The translations under genes and the position numbers were made by a program. The notes under the pieces were generated by a model. It ran no database searches, was not told where the DNA came from, and saw only the letters and a program-made list of their open reading frames with translations. Shown one piece after another: positions 58,140-64,000 of a DNA stretch of 64,000 nt; position 1 is the stretch's first letter, and every line of letters starts with the position of its first letter. This DNA is from Octopus vulgaris (lineage: Eukaryota), in the NCBI GenBank assembly GCA_951406725.2, contig OX597819.1, positions 58,404,001-58,468,000 on the forward strand, written 5' to 3'.

Positions 58140-58680
58140 AAGAGTTTCCCAACCAGTTTTTGTCTATGGATACCTTTGATCCCTATTTTACTAAGGTGGA
58201 TCCTCATGACCATTCTACCCTTTAAAAAATCCCTATTGTGTTTTCATAATTAAATATTAGGAATTGTATTAAAAAATTGTAAAAGCATTTTGCGTATTGT
58301 AGAACTATAAGCACCTTATTGTACCAAAATCCTGCATGGACCCCCAAGGGCAGTGACGGACTGGGTCTAAAAATATTGATTGTCTGGAGACTAAGGGGTC
58401 CTTCCGCAACTATAATGCAATCATTAAATTTTTTTGTTTGCTCGTTAAAAGTATTCTTTTCAACTGTCTACAAACACAGCCGGGCTGATATAATTAATGC
58501 ATTCTTCCAGGAGTGAATAAAGAATGCTCAAACTTGAGGGGATGAGCCCCTTAGAAACTGACATGGGTCCCCATATATGGATTCTCGTGTCGCAGGTGCC
58601 CACTTGAGATCGGGCAAGCTGGCCACCTGGTCAGTCCACCATTGCCCAAGGGTCTTATTGAGACCGGTTGAGAAACACTA
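58140..58680. mobile_element. hAT (Charlie-like) non-autonomous element
   Basis: Ends AAGAGTTTCCCAACC / GGTTGAGAAACACTA; 8-bp flanks GTCTAAAC / ACCTAAAA. Confidence 0.5.
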
Positions 58681-58973
58681 ACCTAAAAAAAAGAAAGCAA
58701 ATCATACGTTTATATCAGTCATATGATCTGGATGAACTGTATTATCTTAGCCATCTTTAGAAAATGGCATTATATCCGAGTGAATCTGTCCTAGTTTATA
58801 CACAAGAAAGAGAAAGAGAGGGAGGGAGGGAGGGAGAGAGAGAGAAAAGAGAGAGAGAAAGGGAGAGAGGGTGTGTGTATGCATGCATGTAGATATGTAT
58901 GTTCGTTTATTTTATACTGGTTTCAAATTTCGGCACAAGGCCAACAATTTCGGTGTAAGGGGTTTGTCCATTA

Positions 58974-59179
58974 CAGTAATCCCTCGCCATATCGTGGTCC
59001 ACCTATCGCGCGCTCAGTACATCGCGGATTTTTCTGGCTAATATATGTAAATTTATATCGCGGCCTTCTCAGTATATTGCGGGTTTCTGCGGCCGATACG
59101 TATTTATATTATTTTAGATTTTAATTATTTCTGTGGGAGGTTTTGGAACGTAACACCCGCAATAGTCGAGGGATTACTA
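58974..59179. mobile_element. Tigger/pogo-like MITE nested in a SINE B
   Basis: TA-CAGTAATCCCTCG ... CGAGGGATTACTA-TA. Confidence 0.75.
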
Positions 59180-59283
59180 TATATCGACCCCAGTCATCAA
59201 CTGGTACTTATTCTAATCGATCCCCGGCGTCATATGAACGCAGAAAGTAAAGTCGGAAAGAATACCGCCAAGCATTTTGCCAG

Positions 59284-59940
59284 CAGCGAAAAATTTTTAC
59301 CCACGAGAGTTCAGGACCCCAGTAATGAACTCATTTGCATACAGCTAATCAGAGCTCACCTTGAAAATCCACATACAGTGTACAACTATAGTACAGCCGG
59401 TTAGGCATAGAATTGTGTAAGCTACTTTGTGAGTACAGCATAGCAAGCCTCACATAAGCACTACATGCCCCACCACCATCCTCATGGATCAATTGAGCAC
59501 CATCTCTATATGGAGCTAACATTAGGTACTTATGCTCAGACTGAGATTAGTGATACTGCAGGTACCCATTGATATATTCAAGGAGGACGCAATACGACTC
59601 AACACCATATTTGATTAGGATGTTTCCAGATCAACTCCAACATTTCAAATTAGGAATGTGCAAAGTCAGTCAAAAGATTAGAAAACTACATTTTCTTATA
59701 AATTACGCAAATTAGTAACACTTATGGCACCATTGGTGAGCAGCTCTCCATTCACTTTATACACTAAATTTCACATTTGTCGCCACTATTAACCCGTTTA
59801 GATTAATTGCATTTTGCTTTAACGCACATTTTCCTCTGAGCTCAATCAGAGTATTTTCGTGGTAGTTGAACTCTTATTGGCTGTATGCAAATGAGTTCAT
59901 AACTGGGGTCCGGAATTCTCGTGGGAAAAAAATTTCGCTG
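59284..59940. mobile_element. 657-bp non-autonomous DNA transposon with ~75-bp TIRs, nested in the same SINE B
   Basis: CAGCGAAAAATTTTTACCCACGAGAGTTCAGGACCCCAGTAATGAACTCATTTGCATACAGC and its inverse at the right end; SINE sequence resumes on both sides. Confidence 0.85.
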
Positions 59941-60019
59941 CCCGGCGTGCAAACGATTCTGCCAGCTCGCCTTACGTTTATCGTATATTAGTGTTCGTTT
60001 TTAAGTCACATTACATATC

Positions 60020-60416
60020 TGTTCTACTACAGGCACAAGGCCCGAAATTTGAGAGGAGGGGACCAGTCGATTAGATCGGCCCCAGTATGCAACTGGTACT
60101 TAGTTTATCGACCCTGAAAGGATGAAAGGCAAAGTCAATCTCGGCGGAATTTGAACTCAGAACGTAAAAACAGACGAAATACCTATTTCTTTACTACCCA
60201 CAAGGGGCTAAACACAGAGAAGACAAACAAGGACAGACAAACGGATTAAGTCGATTATATCGACCCCAGTGCGTAACTGGTACTTAATTTATCGACCCCG
60301 AAAGGATGAAAGGCAAAGTCGACCTCGGCGGAATTTGAACTCAGAACGTAACGGCAGACGAAATACGGCTACGCATTTCGCCCAGCGTGCTAACGTTTCT
60401 GCCAGCTCGCCGCCTT
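60020..60416 (-). mobile_element. SINE family B, dimeric form
   Basis: Full head and the recurrent dimer junction. Confidence 0.82.
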
Positions 60417-61078
60417 TATGTCATATTACATATAAAATCAATTCAACATTAAACTGAAGGATTACTCCATACTTCTTTGTACAATACCTACTTAGCAAAC
60501 TGTACAATGCTGTTGGTTGAATGTGATTTGAGAGAAACTTGTTGAGCAGTACCGCAGGGACCTTCTTTGTCGCGTTGATTCGAGGTGAATTTATACCATT
60601 AATAAATAGACCTGTGATTAAATATGTCTCAAGTGTTTAATTTATATCTTAAACTTCACATCTAAATTTCAATTCTTCTGGTTCGATATGAAAAACAATG
60701 TTTTTTTGTTGTTTTTGTTTTTTGTAATTCAGTTGGATTTCTCGTCTTAAAATCGCCATCGAAATTAAATTGTATATTTATATTTAACACAGATTAATAC
60801 ATACCACAATATACTAGCTACAGTATCCATCAAAATAAATTCGCTTTAGCTTGTCAAAAAACTCATCGCGTAGCAGTCGTTCATAGCAGCTAAATCTACC
60901 TCAACTAAAGATACATACGTATTTACCCACTCCACTCTTCTTCTTAAACGCTTCCGAAGGAAATAGAAATGAACATGATGAAAACCTTAATTGAAATAAT
61001 TCTTGGATCTTTGTGGTTTTCCTCACTGCATGTCGAAATCTCTAAGAAAATTATCTTCTAATGTATCATATGCGTTGA

Positions 61079-61395
61079 GGCGCACTGGCCCAGTGGTTAG
61101 AGCAGCGGACTTGCGGTCGGAGGATCGCGGTTTCAATTCCCAGACCGGGCGTTGTGTGTGTTTATTGAGCGAAAACACTTATAAGCTCCACGAGTCTCCG
61201 GCAGGGGGTTGTAGCGACCCCTGTTGTACTCTTTCGCCCCAGCTTTCTCCCACTCTCTCTTCCTGTTTCTTGAGTAACGCTGCGATGGTTTGGCGTCCCG
61301 TCCAGCTGGGGGAACATATACACCACAGAAACCGGGAAACCGGGCCCATGAGCCTGGCTAGGCTTGAAAAGGGCGCATAAATAAATAATAATAAA
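61079..61395 (+). mobile_element. tRNA-derived SINE with Meta/V-like 3' domain
   Basis: A-box TGGCCCAGTGG, B-box-like GGTTTCAATTCC, GCGTCCCGTCCAG...GAAACCGGG and an A-rich tail. Confidence 0.7.
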
Positions 61396-62016
61396 ATGTA
61401 TAATATAGATGTAATTTTTGACGCTGAATTCGAATTTGTCATTCATTTATTCCAGAAAAAATTTGCGAAACTGTTACAGGTGTTTAAAGTTTGATAATTT
61501 TCAGAATTTTCAGCCAATCAGAAAACAGCGCGTCCGCTGCCTCTTCCATCATCTGTCACAGCAGCGAGAAAAGATGGGGCCACCGGCATGTCAAAACATT
61601 AAACGGGCTACAGTAAACAGTGAAAAACGTTCTAGAATCGAATTCCTACTGTTATGAAAACAAACAATTATAGAACACGTGGTGGCTACACTCCTTGTGC
61701 GCATGAGCAGCTTCTTTGGTTACTATGGAAACAGAGTTTTTTGCAATTATCTACAAAACTCGTGGTGCTTCTTTGCTTATCATGCTAACAGAATTTCACG
61801 GTGATGTGTAAAATACTCGCTTCTGATTGGCTAAAATACCCAAATTTGGCAAAATTTAAAGGCTAATAACTTTTTAATTATGAATTTATGGGGGAAATTA
61901 ATTTCATTTTCATAATTAGTATACAAAACTTAATCGATATACCAAATTTGAAGACAATTGGAACAAAATTGTAGACAGTGACGATAACCACAAATATCCT
62001 AATTTTCAAACATTTA

Positions 62017-62234
62017 GGTACAGGCGTAACGGTGAGGTAAGAAGTTTACTTTCGAACCACATGGTTCCAGGTTCAGTCCCACTGCGTGACACCTTGAGCA
62101 AGTGTCTTCTATAGCCTCGGACCGACCAGAGCCTTGTGAGTAGATTTCGTAGACGGAAACTGAAAGAAGCCCATCATAGATATTTGTGTGTGTGTGTGTT
62201 TGTGTTTGTGTTGTGTGTGTTTGTGTGTGTGTGT

Positions 62235-62325
<91 letters not shown>

Positions 62326-62400
62326 TTTGTGCCCGTGTTTGTCCTCCGCCACCGCTTGACAACCTGTGTTGATGTATTTCCGCCTCAGTAACCTAGCAGT
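62017..62400 (+). mobile_element. SINE family A, 3'-truncated
   Basis: Family A head with expanded (TG)n. Confidence 0.75.
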
Positions 62401-62649
62401 TATAAGACAATTAGAGCGTGGAAGACACTTATTAGTCACTGAAGAACGCACAAGGATTGATATCTTCACTTAAACACTTATTATTTGGGATTAAAAGTTT
62501 CGTGTCACTGACACACGAGTGGCCAGGTCGTGATTGCTGCGATAAAAATTTCGACACCCAATAATAAATTTGTAAATGAAGTCAACAGATTTTGTGTGGG
62601 TGTTTTTAATGGTTTGTATGTGCCTTCCACGTTATAATTGTTGTGAATA

Positions 62650-63922
62650 TCAGGTCATCCCATAAGTTCTATCCGATTTTACCTTTTTAAAAATATAATT
62701 AAATTTGATAATATTTTAGAATGTCTAATGGAATTAAAAATTATTTTTATGCATTTGTGTACATTTAAACTAATTAAATATTATTTTACAGAATAATAGA
62801 ATTAAAATTTCTTTGATTAAAAAAAAACTTTCTAATATGGAATATCCAAAGAGCATTTGAGGCACATAATGCTTTATGAGTACAAAAAAGGAAACGCTGC
62901 AGCCGAAGCGACTCGAAACATACATTCAGTATATGGGAAAGAATGTTTGAATGAAAGAACTTGCAGAAGATGGGTTGCAAAATTCAGAAGTGGAGATTTC
63001 AGGCTTGAAAATGAAGATCGAACAGTAGGTCCATTTAAGTTTGATGATAAGCTCATTGAGGCATTACTTGAAGAAAATTCTGCATTATCGGTTGAAGAAT
63101 TGGAATAAAGCTTAGTTCAAACTATACAACTGTTCATCGTCATCTTCATCAACTTGGAAAGGTTCCTAAACTTGGAAAATGGGTGCCTCATGAATTGTCC
63201 GAAAGCAACCGCAAATTCAGAGTTGACATCTGCCCTTCCCTCCATTCTCGTGAACTCATTTCACCCTTTTTGGATAGACTTGTGACTGATGACGAAAAAT
63301 GGATCTTCTATCGAAATGTTAAACGTTGTAAACAGTAGTGGCTTGGTAAAAGGGAAAAGGGTCAACCACAACGAGAAGGGAACTTCATGGAAAAACAGGT
63401 TCTTCTCTCTAACTGGTGGGATTGCAAAGGAGTAACACTTTGAATTGTTACCACCTAATGCAAAAATCAATGCTCAAGTCTACTGTCAGCAATTAGAGCT
63501 TTTGAACCAAGCTTTGAAGAAAAGAAGTCCTGCTTTAGTGAATCAAAAAGGAGTGATGTTTCATCAGGACAATGCGCGACCCCACACTGCGAAGATCGCA
63601 TCACTGAAAATCGAAGAGCTTGGTTGGAAAAAAAATTCCTCATCCACCTTATTCTCCCGACCTTGCTCCTTCGTAGTTTACAGAATCATTTGGGGGACAT
63701 AACTTTCGTAAGTCAGGAGGAGGTGGAAACTGATATTTCAGAGTTCTTCGCTTTGAAATCAAAAGCGCTTTACATTGATGGATTAAAAAGCTTGTAAATA
63801 GATGGAAAGAAGTGATGGATAATCAGGGAAAGTACATTAATGATTAAATTCCAATTAAATATAACATTTGATCACTTGTTTTCTTTATTCAAAGTTCGGA
63901 CAGAACTTATGGGATGACTTGA
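62650..63922 (+). mobile_element. mariner (DD34D-type) transposon, full length ~1.27 kb, decayed
   Basis: TIRs TCAGGTCATCCCATAAGTTCTATCCGA / TCGGACAGAACTTATGGGATGACTTGA with TA on both sides. Confidence 0.95.
62837..63847 (+). pseudogene. mariner transposase with stops and frameshifts
   Basis: HLRHIMLYEYKKG..A, RWVAKFRSGDF.LENE.R, LGKWVPHEL, VTDDEKWIFY, FHQDNARPH, PHPPYSPDLAP. Confidence 0.93.
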
Positions 63923-64000
63923 TATATATATTTTTAAGTTTTTACATTTGTAGCTGATTTTCAGTAGTGACTAATTTGATACTTTTAAAAGGTGTTTAAA

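Noticed and set aside
61079-61150. tRNA-like sequence
   Set aside because: No complete cloverleaf, and it continues into a SINE body and tail; treated as a SINE head.
61440-61980. Loose inverted CCAAT-containing segments suggesting a MITE
   Set aside because: Termini and TSD could not be defined.

Overview
Repeat-rich, AT-rich animal genomic DNA. The SINE families and microsatellite load suggest an octopus (inferred, not verified). I found no host protein-coding exon, and most entries in the ORF track are microsatellite artefacts. The functional core is a dispersed cluster of eight tRNA-Trp(CCA) genes: seven intact and one decaying. They fall into paralog groups defined by conserved upstream motifs. 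The rest is transposable-element debris. DNA elements include a full-length decayed Tc1, a mariner, a MULE, maT and hAT remnants and several MITEs. Retroelements include Penelope-like elements, CR1/L2-group, RTE, R4 and Tx1/L1 LINE fragments, and many tRNA-derived SINEs. The most unusual signals are: (i) minimal hammerhead-ribozyme motifs at Penelope-type termini, including compensatory U3/A8 core variants; (ii) a 1.4-kb palindrome with such a motif at both ends; (iii) a 320-bp snap-back structure with flip/flop hairpin loops; (iv) retroelement fragments that appear to target (GATA)n and (AAT)n. SINE boundaries are approximate (about +/-20 bp).
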